From contig CAZHLM010000002.1 in the NCBI GenBank assembly GCA_964533295.1, positions 30,497 to 94,496 of the forward strand: 64,000 nt of DNA, in the 5' to 3' direction. Shown one piece after another: positions 46,693 through 56,670 of the stretch; the stretch's first letter is position 1; each line of letters opens with the position of its first letter. The notes beneath the pieces were generated by a model. That model ran no database searches. It worked only from the letters and a program-made list of their open reading frames with translations, and was not told where the DNA came from. Both the position numbers and the translations under genes were made by a program. Source of the DNA: an uncultured Verrucomicrobiota bacterium (lineage in GTDB: Bacteria > Verrucomicrobiota > Verrucomicrobiia > Palsa-1439).

Positions 46693-47469
46693 ATGCTGGT
46701 GGGCTTTGGCGTGGCGGTTGGCAGTTTCGGGTTGTCCGCCGGGACGGTGCAGGAACACGAACTGTATTCACAAGAGGGAACCGACCCGACGTTCGAGTCG
46801 TTGCTGGCCGAGGGCGTGATTCCGGTGGGCAGCAACAGCACGCGGGGCGTGACCGGCTCTGTCATCCGCGTCAAACATCCCGTGCCCGGCGGCCCGATTC
46901 CGAAAGCGATCGCGATTCACACGTTGTGCAACGCCTCCATTCCCCGCCGCGACTTCGCGAAATGGACGCGGTGGTATCAGGAGGACGGGAACACGCAAAT
47001 CTTCCGGCTGTTCCAGGGCGAGACGAATGTGCGGAACGACCGGAAACTGGCCGCGCGGATTGAAGCGTTTGGTGGACAATGGGACGCCGGCCCGACCAAC
47101 GTCTGGCACGAGTGGGAGGGCACCTGCACGATCGTCAAACCGCACGGCGCGGCGATTTTTCAATCGAAGAACAATCTGAACGACTGGAGCGTCATGATCA
47201 ATCTGTCCGATACCGGCGACATCAAGTTGAACCATCGCCGGCATCAGGAGGATGTGGTGATCGCCACGAACATGACCGGCAAGAGTTTCGGCTTGAAGGT
47301 GCGGGACAATGGCCGCGACTACGAAGTGTATTTCAACGACCAAAAAGTCGGCGCCGGTCATTACGACCGGCCGGTAGGGAAAAACGCGTTCCGCTGGGGC
47401 CTGTATGTCGGCGCCAACGAGGTGCGGCACGACGCGATGATCTTTGTGACGGGGGCCAAATTTCGATGA
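46693..47469 (+). CDS. Secreted/anchored concanavalin-like jelly-roll protein, possibly PL7/alginate_lyase2-type polysaccharide lyase
   Basis: Hydrophobic leader MLVGFGVAVGSFGLSAG. KAIAIHTL, TQIFRLFQGETNVR and RWGLYVGANE loosely resemble the QIH / R-x-E-x-R / YFKAGxY blocks of PL7. Weak call. Confidence 0.3.
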   Translation: MLVGFGVAVGSFGLSAGTVQEHELYSQEGTDPTFESLLAEGVIPVGSNSTRGVTGSVIRVKHPVPGGPIPKAIAIHTLCNASIPRRDFAKWTRWYQEDGNTQIFRLFQGETNVRNDRKLAARIEAFGGQWDAGPTNVWHEWEGTCTIVKPHGAAIFQSKNNLNDWSVMINLSDTGDIKLNHRRHQEDVVIATNMTGKSFGLKVRDNGRDYEVYFNDQKVGAGHYDRPVGKNAFRWGLYVGANEVRHDAMIFVTGAKFR

Positions 47470-48758
47470 GCCACAGAACTCTGGTGAGCAGCGTCCGCGC
47501 AAGAAACCGGACCGATAAGGGTGGGCGGTCGGGCTTTTGCGGGAAAGGACGAGATGTTGACCAAGAAATTATCGCGGCGGCGACTCAAAGCGGGGAGCTG
47601 GCGCGTAACTTGTTCACGCTTTGTGATGACATCGGGCCGCGGTTTGCCGGCACGGATGGCTACCGGCGGGCGGCCGAGTTCATGCGCGACAAACTGCGGG
47701 AATACGGCTTCCCGGATGCGCGGCTGGAACCGTTCGAGTTCAACGCGTGGCGGCGCGGCGCACCGGGCCGATTGACGCAGCGGGGCCGGGAGTTTCCCTG
47801 CTACACGTTGCCGTACAGCGCGGCGGGCGAGGTGCGCGCGCCGTTGGTGGACGTGGGGGGCGGATCCGTCGAGGAGATCGGGCCGGCGGTGGCGGGCCGG
47901 TTGGTCCTGACCGACGCCGCCAGCGGCCATCGCCTGGAGGTGTATGCGCGGTGCGTCGAACACGGAGCGGCGGGATTTGTCCTGAGCAATCGCACGCCCG
48001 GCATGATCCTGCACACCGGCAGCGTGGGGAATGGAGAAAGGGGCGCGATACCGGCGGTGAGCGTGCCGTACGAGACCGGTCGGTTGCTCCAGCGACTGGC
48101 CGGCGCGGGCGAGTGTCAGTTGGTGACGGATGGCCGCTGCGAACGCGCCACGACGTGGAACGTGGTCGGCGAGTGGCCGGGCGGCGACGAACTGGTCATC
48201 ATGGGCGGTCATCTCGACTCGCACGAGATCGGCCCGGGCGCGTACGACAACGCGGCGGGCGTGGCGGTGGTGTGGGAGACGGCGCGGTTGCTCGCGCCGC
48301 ATCGGCGGCATTTCCAACGCGCGTTGCGGTTCATCGCGTTCGGGGCGGAGGAAGTCGGTCTGCTCGGATCGCATCACCACGCGCGGGCGCACGCGGACGA
48401 CTGGCGGCGCGCGCGGTGGATGTTGAACTGCGATATGCCGCCGCTGGCGGGGCCGCGCGGGTTGCTGTTTCACAACTGGCCGGAAGCGGACGCGTTCGTG
48501 GCGCAGCTTTCGGCGCAGATGGGCGAGGCGATTGCGTGCCGCCACCGGATGCAATGCCACTCCGATCATTATCCGTTCGTGTTGCAGGGAGTGAAAACCG
48601 GGGCGATCACGGGTGGCCGGGAGGAGAGGCCGGTGCAACGGTTCCTGCACATGGCCGGGGACACGCCGGAGAAGATTCCCGTGGAGGCGGTGCGGGACAC
48701 AGCGGTGTTTGCGGCACGGGTGTTGTGGCGTGTGGCGGCGGGAGACATGCTCGGATAG
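47466..48758 (+). CDS. M28-family Zn aminopeptidase
   Basis: IMGGHLDSHEIGPGAYDNAAGVAVVWETARLL and IAFGAEEVGLLGSHHH (metal-binding His/Asp/Glu blocks). Start at MSHRTL overlaps the upstream stop; uncertain. Confidence 0.65.
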   Translation: MSHRTLVSSVRARNRTDKGGRSGFCGKGRDVDQEIIAAATQSGELARNLFTLCDDIGPRFAGTDGYRRAAEFMRDKLREYGFPDARLEPFEFNAWRRGAPGRLTQRGREFPCYTLPYSAAGEVRAPLVDVGGGSVEEIGPAVAGRLVLTDAASGHRLEVYARCVEHGAAGFVLSNRTPGMILHTGSVGNGERGAIPAVSVPYETGRLLQRLAGAGECQLVTDGRCERATTWNVVGEWPGGDELVIMGGHLDSHEIGPGAYDNAAGVAVVWETARLLAPHRRHFQRALRFIAFGAEEVGLLGSHHHARAHADDWRRARWMLNCDMPPLAGPRGLLFHNWPEADAFVAQLSAQMGEAIACRHRMQCHSDHYPFVLQGVKTGAITGGREERPVQRFLHMAGDTPEKIPVEAVRDTAVFAARVLWRVAAGDMLG

Positions 48759-48771
48759 AATCGCCGCACCC

Positions 48772-50058
48772 ATGAAGCAGCCACCCAACATTCTCTACAT
48801 CCATTCGCACGACACGGGCCGGTACATTCAGCCTTATGGTCATGCGGTGCCGACGCCGAACCTGCAACGGCTCGCGGAACAGGGGGTGTTGTTCCGGCAC
48901 AACTTCTGTGTCAACCCGACGTGCAGTCCGAGCCGGGCGGCGTTGCTGACCGGCTGTTATCCGCACGAGAACGGCATGACGGGGTTGACCCACCGGGGCT
49001 GGCGGTTGAACGATTACCGGCAGCACATCATCCACACGTTGCGCCAAGTGGGCTACACGTCGGCGCTGGCCGGCGTCCAGCACATTGCGCTCAAGCGGGA
49101 TGACCAAATGCCCTGGCAGGTCATCGGGTATGACCAACATGCCGGTCTGGATGGCTGCGAAGGGGCGGTGTCCTTTCTGGAGAATGCGCCGCCGCAACCG
49201 TTCTTCCTCACGGCTGGTTTCGGCGAAACGCATCGCGAGTTCCCGCCGCTGGAGGAATGTCCGGATGATCCGCGGTATTGTCTGCCGCCCGCGCCGTTGC
49301 CGGATGCGCCGCAGACCCGGCAGGACATGGCCCGCTACAAGGCGTGCGCCCGCATCCTCGATGCGAAGATGGGCAAGGTCTTTGATGCGCTGGAGCGGAC
49401 CGGTCTGGCCAGAAACACGCTCGTCATCTGCACAACCGACCACGGCATCGCGTTCCCGCGCATGAAATGCAACCTCGAAGATTCCGGTATTGGCACAATG
49501 CTGATCTTGCGGTTACCGGGCGTGTTCGATGGCGGTCGCGTGGTGGATGCGATGACCAGTCATCTCGACATTTTTCCAACGGTCTGCGAGCTGGCGGGCG
49601 CGCCTGCACCGGCGTGGTTGCGGGGACGGTCGCTGGTGGGGATTGACGGTGAGATTCATGATGCGCTCTTTTTCGAGGTCAACTATCACGCCGCCTACGA
49701 GCCGATGCGCGCGGTGCGGACGAAACGCTGGAAATACATCCGCCGATTCACGGAGCGCGGGCGGCCGGTGCTGGCCAACTGCGATGACAGCCCGAGCAAA
49801 TCGGTCTGGCTGGAACACGGCTGGCCTGATCGGCCGATGCCGACGGAGGCGCTGTACGATTTGGTGTTTGATCCGAACGAGACGAACAACCTTGCCGGCG
49901 AGTCGGTGACGCAGCCGGTTTTGGAAGAGATGCGGGGAAAGTTGGAAGCTTGGATGAAGGAAACGAACGATCCGTTGCGGACCGGCCCGGTCCCGATGCC
50001 GCCGGGCGCGAAGGTCAATAGCGCCGACGATCTTTCGCCCAAGAGAAATCCGACGTGA
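48772..50058 (+). CDS. Cys-type sulfatase, leaderless (cytoplasmic)
   Basis: MKQPPNILYIHSHDTG...CSPSRAALLTGCYPHENG. No signal peptide. Confidence 0.85.
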   Translation: MKQPPNILYIHSHDTGRYIQPYGHAVPTPNLQRLAEQGVLFRHNFCVNPTCSPSRAALLTGCYPHENGMTGLTHRGWRLNDYRQHIIHTLRQVGYTSALAGVQHIALKRDDQMPWQVIGYDQHAGLDGCEGAVSFLENAPPQPFFLTAGFGETHREFPPLEECPDDPRYCLPPAPLPDAPQTRQDMARYKACARILDAKMGKVFDALERTGLARNTLVICTTDHGIAFPRMKCNLEDSGIGTMLILRLPGVFDGGRVVDAMTSHLDIFPTVCELAGAPAPAWLRGRSLVGIDGEIHDALFFEVNYHAAYEPMRAVRTKRWKYIRRFTERGRPVLANCDDSPSKSVWLEHGWPDRPMPTEALYDLVFDPNETNNLAGESVTQPVLEEMRGKLEAWMKETNDPLRTGPVPMPPGAKVNSADDLSPKRNPT

Positions 50059-51527
50059 AACCGAACCTGATCTTTATCTTGGCCGACGACATGGGTTACG
50101 GCGATGTGTCGTGCCTGAATGAGCGGGCGGCATTCAAGACTGTCCACCTCGACCGGCTCGCGGCGGGCGGGATGCGCTGCACCGACGCGCATTCCAGTTC
50201 CGCCGTTTGCACGCCGTCGCGGTACAGCGTGTTGACGGGCCGGTACAGTTGGCGGTCGGTGTTGAAATCAGGGGTGACCGGCGGGTACTCGCGACCGATT
50301 TTGGAGGATGGGCGGCTGACGGTGGCTTCGATGCTGAAGGAGCAGGGCTACCGGACGGCGTGCGTCGGCAAATGGCATCTCGGACTCGAATGGCGATTGA
50401 AGGATGGCGGGATTGCTTCCACGTATCAGGATGAAGCGCAGGTTGATTTTGCCGCGCCGATCACCAACGGGCCGCTCCAGCACGGGTTTGATTATTTCCA
50501 CGGCATCAGCGCCTCGCTCGACATGCCACCCTACGTTTACATCGAGAACGACCGGGCAAGCTCCGTGCCCACAAGACGCTGGGAACAGGTCACCGGCAAG
50601 CGGTTCATGCGGGCCGGTGTGATGGCGGATGACTTCGATCCGCAGACGGTCCTGCCGACGCTGACCGCGAAGGTGGAAACGTTGATTGCCGGGTACGCCG
50701 CTGGCGGGCAGCCGTTCTTTCTCTACTTTCCGTTACCGGCTCCGCACACGCCGATTTTGCCGACGGCGGAGTTTCGCGGGAAATCGGGCACAAACGAATA
50801 CGGGGATTTTTGTTTGCAGGTGGATGACACGGTCGGGCGTGTGATGGCGGCGTTGGAAAAGCACGGGCTGGCGGAGAACACGATCGTGATTTTCACGTCG
50901 GACAACGGTTGTTCGCCGATGGCCGACTTCCCGGAGCTGGCGAGGTTCCACCACCATCCCAGCCACGTGTTTCGCGGCATGAAATCCGACATCTTCGAGG
51001 GCGGGCACCGGATTCCGTTTCTCATCCGGTGGCCGGCGGTGATTGCGCCCGGTAGTCGCTGCGAGCAGACGTTGTGTCTGTCGGACCTGATGGCGACGAT
51101 GGCGGAGATCACGGGCTACCGGCTGCCCGATTCGGCGGCGGAGGACAGCGTGAGCCTGGCGCCGATATTCCGCGACCCGCACTCCGCATTCCGCAGTCCC
51201 GTGGTTCATCACTCGATCAACGGTTCGTTTTCGATTCGGCAGGGACGATGGAAGTTGGAGATGTGCCCGGACTCGGGCGGCTGGAGCGATCCGAAGCCGG
51301 GGTCGACGGAAGCCGCCGCGTTGCCGCCGATTCAGCTTTACGACCTGGCGCAGGACATCGGGGAACGGCACAACGTGCAGGACCGTTACCCGGCAATCGT
51401 GGCGGAGTTGAAACGCCTGCTCACCCGGTATGTCAAAGACGGGCGCAGCACGCCGGGCGTTCCCCAACCCAACACCGGCAGCAAACACTGGCCGCAACTG
51501 CACTGGCTCACCGAACATGAACTGTAA
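50055..51527 (+). CDS. Cys-type sulfatase, leaderless (cytoplasmic)
   Basis: GTG start overlapping TGA (GTGA). MKPNLIFILADDMGYGDVSCLN...CTPSRYSVLTGRYSW. Confidence 0.85.
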   Translation: MKPNLIFILADDMGYGDVSCLNERAAFKTVHLDRLAAGGMRCTDAHSSSAVCTPSRYSVLTGRYSWRSVLKSGVTGGYSRPILEDGRLTVASMLKEQGYRTACVGKWHLGLEWRLKDGGIASTYQDEAQVDFAAPITNGPLQHGFDYFHGISASLDMPPYVYIENDRASSVPTRRWEQVTGKRFMRAGVMADDFDPQTVLPTLTAKVETLIAGYAAGGQPFFLYFPLPAPHTPILPTAEFRGKSGTNEYGDFCLQVDDTVGRVMAALEKHGLAENTIVIFTSDNGCSPMADFPELARFHHHPSHVFRGMKSDIFEGGHRIPFLIRWPAVIAPGSRCEQTLCLSDLMATMAEITGYRLPDSAAEDSVSLAPIFRDPHSAFRSPVVHHSINGSFSIRQGRWKLEMCPDSGGWSDPKPGSTEAAALPPIQLYDLAQDIGERHNVQDRYPAIVAELKRLLTRYVKDGRSTPGVPQPNTGSKHWPQLHWLTEHEL

Positions 51528-52920
51528 GCCCGACGACAGACCCAACTTCATTTTGATCAACTGTGACGACCTCGGCTACGGCGACCTGGGTTGTTACGGG
51601 TCGGCGGTGAACCGCACGCCCGCGCTCGACCGAATGGCGGCGGAGGGAATGCGCTTCACGGATTACCACGTGATGTCGCCGGTCTGCTCGGCGTCGCGGG
51701 CGGCGTTGCTGACCGGCTGTTACCCGCAACGGGTCGGCATGAAAGGCGTGCTGTTTCCCGGCGACGCGATCGGGCTGAATCCGAAAGAGATTACGATCGC
51801 GAAGCTGCTGAAAGGTCAGGGCTACCGGACCAAGATCGTCGGCAAATGGCATTGCGGCGACCAGCCGGAGTTTTTGCCGACGAATCACGGCTTCGATGAG
51901 TATTACGGCCTGCCGTACAGCAACGACATGGGGATTCAGGGGCCGCCCGAAAATCGTCCGCCGTGGCGCGTGCCCTTGCCGCTGATGCGAAACGCCGAGG
52001 TCATCCAACAGCAGCCCGACCAACGCGGGTTGACGGAGCGGTATTGCGAGGAATGCGTCCGGTTCATCCGCGACAACCGGCGCGGACCGTTCTTCCTCTA
52101 CCTCGCGCACATGTACGTCCACGTGCCGTTGTTCGTGCCGCACCGGTTTCTGCGACAGTCCCGCAACGGCGGCTACGGCGGGGCGGTCGAGTGCATTGAT
52201 TGGGCGGCCGAGGTGTTGTTTCACGAGTTGAAGCAGTTGGGCTTGGACGAGAACACGCTGGTCATTTTCACCAGCGACAACGGTTCCCGCGCCAATGGCG
52301 AAGGCGGCAGCAACGCGCCGTTGCGCGGGACGAAGGCCGAGACGTGGGAAGGCGGTCAGCGCGTGCCGTTCATTGTCCGCTGGCCGGGGAAAGTTCCCGC
52401 CGGCAAGGTCTGCCACGAACTCGTCACCGCGATGGATCTGCTGCCGACGTTGGCGCGGTTGGCCGGAACGACCGAACCGCAGGACCGGGTGATGGATGGC
52501 AGGGATATCGCGCCGTTGCTGTTCGACAAGCCGGGAGCCAGGTCGCCGCATGAGAGTTTCTTTTACTACCGGCACGAAAGCCTGCATGCCGTCCGCAAAG
52601 GAAAATGGAAACTCCATTTTCTCCAGGCCGTCGGCTTCGCCAAGCCGCAAGCCGTCGCGCCTGAGTTGTACGATCTCGACCGGGATGTCGGCGAACAACA
52701 CAACGTCGCCGCCGCGCACCCCGAGGTAGTCGCCGAACTCACCGCTCTCGCCGAGCAAGCCCGGCAAGACTTGGGCGACGCTTTTACCGGCGTGGTGGGC
52801 CGGGGGCGACGCGAGCCGGGGCGGGTCGAGAATCCCAAACCGCTCACGACCTACGACGAGAACCATCCGTACATTGTCGCGTGTTACGACATGCCGGATA
52901 CAAATGTGATGGGCGGATGA
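51517..52920 (+). CDS. Cys-type sulfatase, leaderless (cytoplasmic)
   Basis: MNCKPDDRPNFILINCDDLGYGDLGCYGS...CSASRAALLTGCYPQRVGM. 11-nt overlap with upstream gene. Confidence 0.85.
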   Translation: MNCKPDDRPNFILINCDDLGYGDLGCYGSAVNRTPALDRMAAEGMRFTDYHVMSPVCSASRAALLTGCYPQRVGMKGVLFPGDAIGLNPKEITIAKLLKGQGYRTKIVGKWHCGDQPEFLPTNHGFDEYYGLPYSNDMGIQGPPENRPPWRVPLPLMRNAEVIQQQPDQRGLTERYCEECVRFIRDNRRGPFFLYLAHMYVHVPLFVPHRFLRQSRNGGYGGAVECIDWAAEVLFHELKQLGLDENTLVIFTSDNGSRANGEGGSNAPLRGTKAETWEGGQRVPFIVRWPGKVPAGKVCHELVTAMDLLPTLARLAGTTEPQDRVMDGRDIAPLLFDKPGARSPHESFFYYRHESLHAVRKGKWKLHFLQAVGFAKPQAVAPELYDLDRDVGEQHNVAAAHPEVVAELTALAEQARQDLGDAFTGVVGRGRREPGRVENPKPLTTYDENHPYIVACYDMPDTNVMGG

Positions 52921-54317
52921 ACATTGTCTTAATCACGGCCGACGACCTGAACTGGAACTCCGTCGGCGCGTATGGTTGCCGGACACCCGACGGCACGCCG
53001 AACATGGACGCGCTGGCGGCGGCGGGGATGCGGTTCAACCACGCGCACATCACCATCGCGGTCTGCCAGCCGAGCCGCGGCGCGATCATGACGGGCCGGT
53101 ACCCGCATAAGAGCGGGCAGGAGGGTTTTCATCACATCAACGGCAGCCCGGTGCCGCTGTTGACGGAGGAACTGCGCAAGGGCGGGTACCGGACCGGGAT
53201 CCTTGGGAAAGTCGGCCACTCGTCGCCGAAACAGGAATACCGGTGGGATTTTTCTCAGGACATGCCGGAGTTGGCGTGGGGACGCGACCCGGAGTTGTAT
53301 TACCGGTTCACGAGGGAATTTCTCGCGCAGACGCAGGGCCAGCCGTTCTTTCTGATGGCCAACTCGCATGACCCGCACCGGCCGTTCCACGGCAACGACG
53401 CGGAGTTGCAGGGCAAAAACGGCATCACCTATCCGCCGCCGTCGCGCGTTTTCCAACCGGAAGAAGTCGAGGTGCCGGGGTTCTTGCCGGACCTACCGGA
53501 GGTGCGCCGGGAAATCGCGGAGTACGCGAGCAGTTGCCGGCGGTGCGATGACACGGTTGGGCGCGTGATGGCCGCGCTCCGGGATGCCGGCGTGTACGAG
53601 AACACGCTGATCATGTTTTTGTCCGACAACGGCATGGCGTTTCCGTTTGCGAAGACGAATTGTTATCTGCACAGCACCAAGACGCCGTGGATCGCGTGCT
53701 GGCCGGGACGGATCAAACCCGGCAGCGTGGACAACGACCATTTCATCAACGGGATTGATTACCTGCCGACCGTGCTGGAATCCGCCGGGCTGCCCATACC
53801 GGCCGGTGTGGATGGACGGTCGTTCCTGCCGGTATTGCTGGGCGGGAAAGACGCGACGCGGACGCGAGTGTTCACGCAGTTTCATGAGACGCACGGCAGA
53901 CGCCGGTATCCGATGCGGTGCGTGCAGGACAAACGGTTCGGCTACATTTTCAACCCGTGGTCGGACGGCCAGCGCGTGTTCCAGAACGAGTCGCAGACCG
54001 GTCGCACGTTCCAAGCAATGCAGGCCGATCCCGGTAGCGCCGCGCGGGTGAGGCTGTTTCTCTACCGGGTCTGGGAAGAACTCTACGATTTCGAGAACGA
54101 CCCCGATGCGCTGGTGAATCTGGTGGACGATCCGCGTTACCGGGAGGAATTGGAACGGCTGCGCGGGGAACTGGAAGAATGGATGGTGGAACACGGCGAT
54201 GCGGCGTTGCCGGTCTTTCGCCAGCAGCAATCAGCCGCCGAATTCATGGCGGAGCAGAAAATCCATAGTCAGAAATTATTCGAAACAGGAAACCTTCGGG
54301 TCGGCGCGACTTGCTGA
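52917..54317 (+). CDS. Cys-type sulfatase, leaderless (cytoplasmic)
   Basis: MNIVLITADDLNWNS...CQPSRGAIMTGRYPHKSG. ATGA overlap. Confidence 0.8.
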   Translation: MNIVLITADDLNWNSVGAYGCRTPDGTPNMDALAAAGMRFNHAHITIAVCQPSRGAIMTGRYPHKSGQEGFHHINGSPVPLLTEELRKGGYRTGILGKVGHSSPKQEYRWDFSQDMPELAWGRDPELYYRFTREFLAQTQGQPFFLMANSHDPHRPFHGNDAELQGKNGITYPPPSRVFQPEEVEVPGFLPDLPEVRREIAEYASSCRRCDDTVGRVMAALRDAGVYENTLIMFLSDNGMAFPFAKTNCYLHSTKTPWIACWPGRIKPGSVDNDHFINGIDYLPTVLESAGLPIPAGVDGRSFLPVLLGGKDATRTRVFTQFHETHGRRRYPMRCVQDKRFGYIFNPWSDGQRVFQNESQTGRTFQAMQADPGSAARVRLFLYRVWEELYDFENDPDALVNLVDDPRYREELERLRGELEEWMVEHGDAALPVFRQQQSAAEFMAEQKIHSQKLFETGNLRVGATC

Positions 54318-54377
54318 TCCTGCCGGCGCCGGTGCGCTTTTTTGGGGCGGGGCATTTCAACGTAAGGACGGACCACA

Positions 54378-55604
54378 ATGAACCCTGAACCCTCCGGCGA
54401 ATACTACGATTACACGAAGACGATGAAGCCCGAGCGGCCGTGGTTGTTGCCGTATCACCAGAGCCTGGTGTATCTGATGATGCTGGCGACCCGTGGCGGC
54501 GACGGCAAAATGGACAAGCTCTACCTGACGTTCGAGCAGGCGCTTGATGCGATTCGCAAGATCCACAACCTGACCTGCGGCATCCCGCAGATCGTTTACC
54601 TGATTGGCTGGCACCACGAGGGCCACGACTCGAAGTACCCGGACTGGAGCGAGGTCAACCGGCATCTCAAGCGGCCGCAAGATGCGACGGCGCGGGACAG
54701 CCTGCGGTGGCTCATCCGGGAAGCGCGCCGGTACCGCGCCACCGTCAGTCTGCATCTGAATATGTTTGACGCCTATCCGGACAGTCCGCTCTGGGACGAG
54801 TACGCGGCCAAAGACATCATCGCGAAGGACAAAAACGGCCAGGTCATCCCCGGCAAGGCGTGGGGCGGGATGATGTCGTACCAGATCAGTTACACGCAGG
54901 AATGGAAGCACGGGCTGGTGCAGAAGCGGATTGACGGACTGCTGGCGATGATCCCGGAACTGGTGGAGGGGAAAACCATCCACATTGACGCCTTTCTGGG
55001 CGCGCGCCCGTTGGCCCCGCAGGAGCCGATCAGCCCGTATCTTGGTTACACAAAGGAGCAGGAAGTGGCGACGCAACGGAAGATGTACCGGTACTGGCGG
55101 GACCGGGGGATTGATGTCACCTCCGAATGGGTGAACGGCTTTCGCGGGGACCGCTTCGTCGGATTGCAACCGTGGGCGTGGCACGGCGGGGAAGCGATCC
55201 AGGATTTACCGGCCGAGTTGTACTGCACCAACGTGATGAAGACGAACGTCCGTGAAATCCGGGGCGACCCAGCCGGGCCGGATTACGTGACGTATCCGTC
55301 CGAGTTCTTTCTGCGAGTCCTGCCGTGGGTCTCGCAGAAACCGCCCGATGGCACAGATGTCTGCCTGCCGGTGCCGTGGTGCCAGGAGCCGACGCTTATC
55401 GCTTACAGCCAGGGAGGGTTTGCGAACAAAACGTGGCCCTTGCCGGCGGACTGGAAGGATGTGAAAGAAGTCAACGTCTCCAGGCTGACATGGGAGGGGG
55501 CACAGTTTGTGGCCAGCCAGCCGGTGACGGAGGCGTCCATCCAGTTGAGTCTCGGAAAAAATGAGGCCGTAAACATAACGAGGAAGGAAACAGGAACGTC
55601 CTAA
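54378..55604 (+). CDS. Conserved hypothetical, probable TIM-barrel glycosidase-like enzyme (cytoplasmic)
   Basis: 408 aa, no leader. His/Asp-rich block GIPQIVYLIGWHHEGHDSKYPDW followed by several W/Y-rich strands. Embedded in the sulfatase run; no confident family call from motifs. Confidence 0.3.
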   Translation: MNPEPSGEYYDYTKTMKPERPWLLPYHQSLVYLMMLATRGGDGKMDKLYLTFEQALDAIRKIHNLTCGIPQIVYLIGWHHEGHDSKYPDWSEVNRHLKRPQDATARDSLRWLIREARRYRATVSLHLNMFDAYPDSPLWDEYAAKDIIAKDKNGQVIPGKAWGGMMSYQISYTQEWKHGLVQKRIDGLLAMIPELVEGKTIHIDAFLGARPLAPQEPISPYLGYTKEQEVATQRKMYRYWRDRGIDVTSEWVNGFRGDRFVGLQPWAWHGGEAIQDLPAELYCTNVMKTNVREIRGDPAGPDYVTYPSEFFLRVLPWVSQKPPDGTDVCLPVPWCQEPTLIAYSQGGFANKTWPLPADWKDVKEVNVSRLTWEGAQFVASQPVTEASIQLSLGKNEAVNITRKETGTS

Positions 55605-55782
55605 CAACCGGTCAAGTACCCAGCGTCATGCGATTGCCACCTCGGATGGATGTGTGGTCGCAAGGTTATGCGGGTTGGTAGCACGATGCCGCCCCGGCAA
55701 ATGTTTCAGTTGGCGGAGTGGCGCGGTGCGTGAAGGAATATCTGGCCGGGAAGATGGCCGCGATTGCGGAATTGGAGTGCGA

Positions 55783-56670
55783 ATGTCCACCCCAGTGAAA
55801 ACCGGCGGCTTGGGCTACGAACTATTGCTGTTGTTGGTCTCGGTGATTTGGGGTTCGACGTTTGTGGCCCAGCAGATTGGGATGGAACGCGGGTTGGGGC
55901 CGATGACTTTCAACGCGTTGCGGTTTGCGTTGGGGACGCTGGTGTTGGTGCCGGTGATTTGGCTGCGTCAGACCAGTGATACCGGCCTGCCGCTCAAGGG
56001 CAGCCTCCTGGCCGGGGTGTGTTTGTTTGCGGCGGCGGGCTTTCAACAGGTCGGGCTGCAATACACGTCGAGCGCGAATGCGGGATTCATTACCGGGTTG
56101 TATGTCGTGATGGTGCCGGTGATCGGGTTGTTTCTGGGGCGGCAAGCCCGGCGCAGCTTGTGGGTCGGCGCGGCGGTGTGCGTGGCGGGGTTGTATCTGT
56201 TGAGCGTGACGGCGGAGTTGACGATGGGGAAAGGAGATTTGTTGGTGCTGGTGTGCGCGGTGTTGTGGGCGTTCCAGATTTTGGTCATTGACCACGTGGC
56301 GCAACGGGGCGACCCGGTGCGGATTGCGGCGGTGCAGTTTGCGGTGTGCACCGGGCTCAGCGCCGTGGCGGCGGGGTGGTTTGAGCCATGCACGATGGCG
56401 GCGGTGCGGGCGGGCGCGGGTGCGGTGGCGTATGCCGGGATTTTGTCGGTGGGCGTGGCGTTCACGTTGCAGGTGGTTTGTCAGAAACGTTGTCCGGCGG
56501 GACCGGCGGCGGTGATGATGAGCATGGAAGCGGTGTTTGCCGCGCTGACCGGTTACGTGGTGCTCGGGCAAACGTTGACGCCCCGGGCGCTGCTCGGTTG
56601 TGGCTTGATGCTTGCCGGGATGCTGATGGTGCAGTTGGTGCCGCTGTTGAAAGGAAAGAAAACGGAGTGA
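55783..56670 (+). CDS. EamA/DMT-family (10-TM drug/metabolite) transporter
   Basis: Two repeated 5-TM halves, each carrying EamA-like GSTFVAQQIG / MEAVFAALTGYVVLGQTLT signature segments. Confidence 0.7.
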   Translation: MSTPVKTGGLGYELLLLLVSVIWGSTFVAQQIGMERGLGPMTFNALRFALGTLVLVPVIWLRQTSDTGLPLKGSLLAGVCLFAAAGFQQVGLQYTSSANAGFITGLYVVMVPVIGLFLGRQARRSLWVGAAVCVAGLYLLSVTAELTMGKGDLLVLVCAVLWAFQILVIDHVAQRGDPVRIAAVQFAVCTGLSAVAAGWFEPCTMAAVRAGAGAVAYAGILSVGVAFTLQVVCQKRCPAGPAAVMMSMEAVFAALTGYVVLGQTLTPRALLGCGLMLAGMLMVQLVPLLKGKKTE

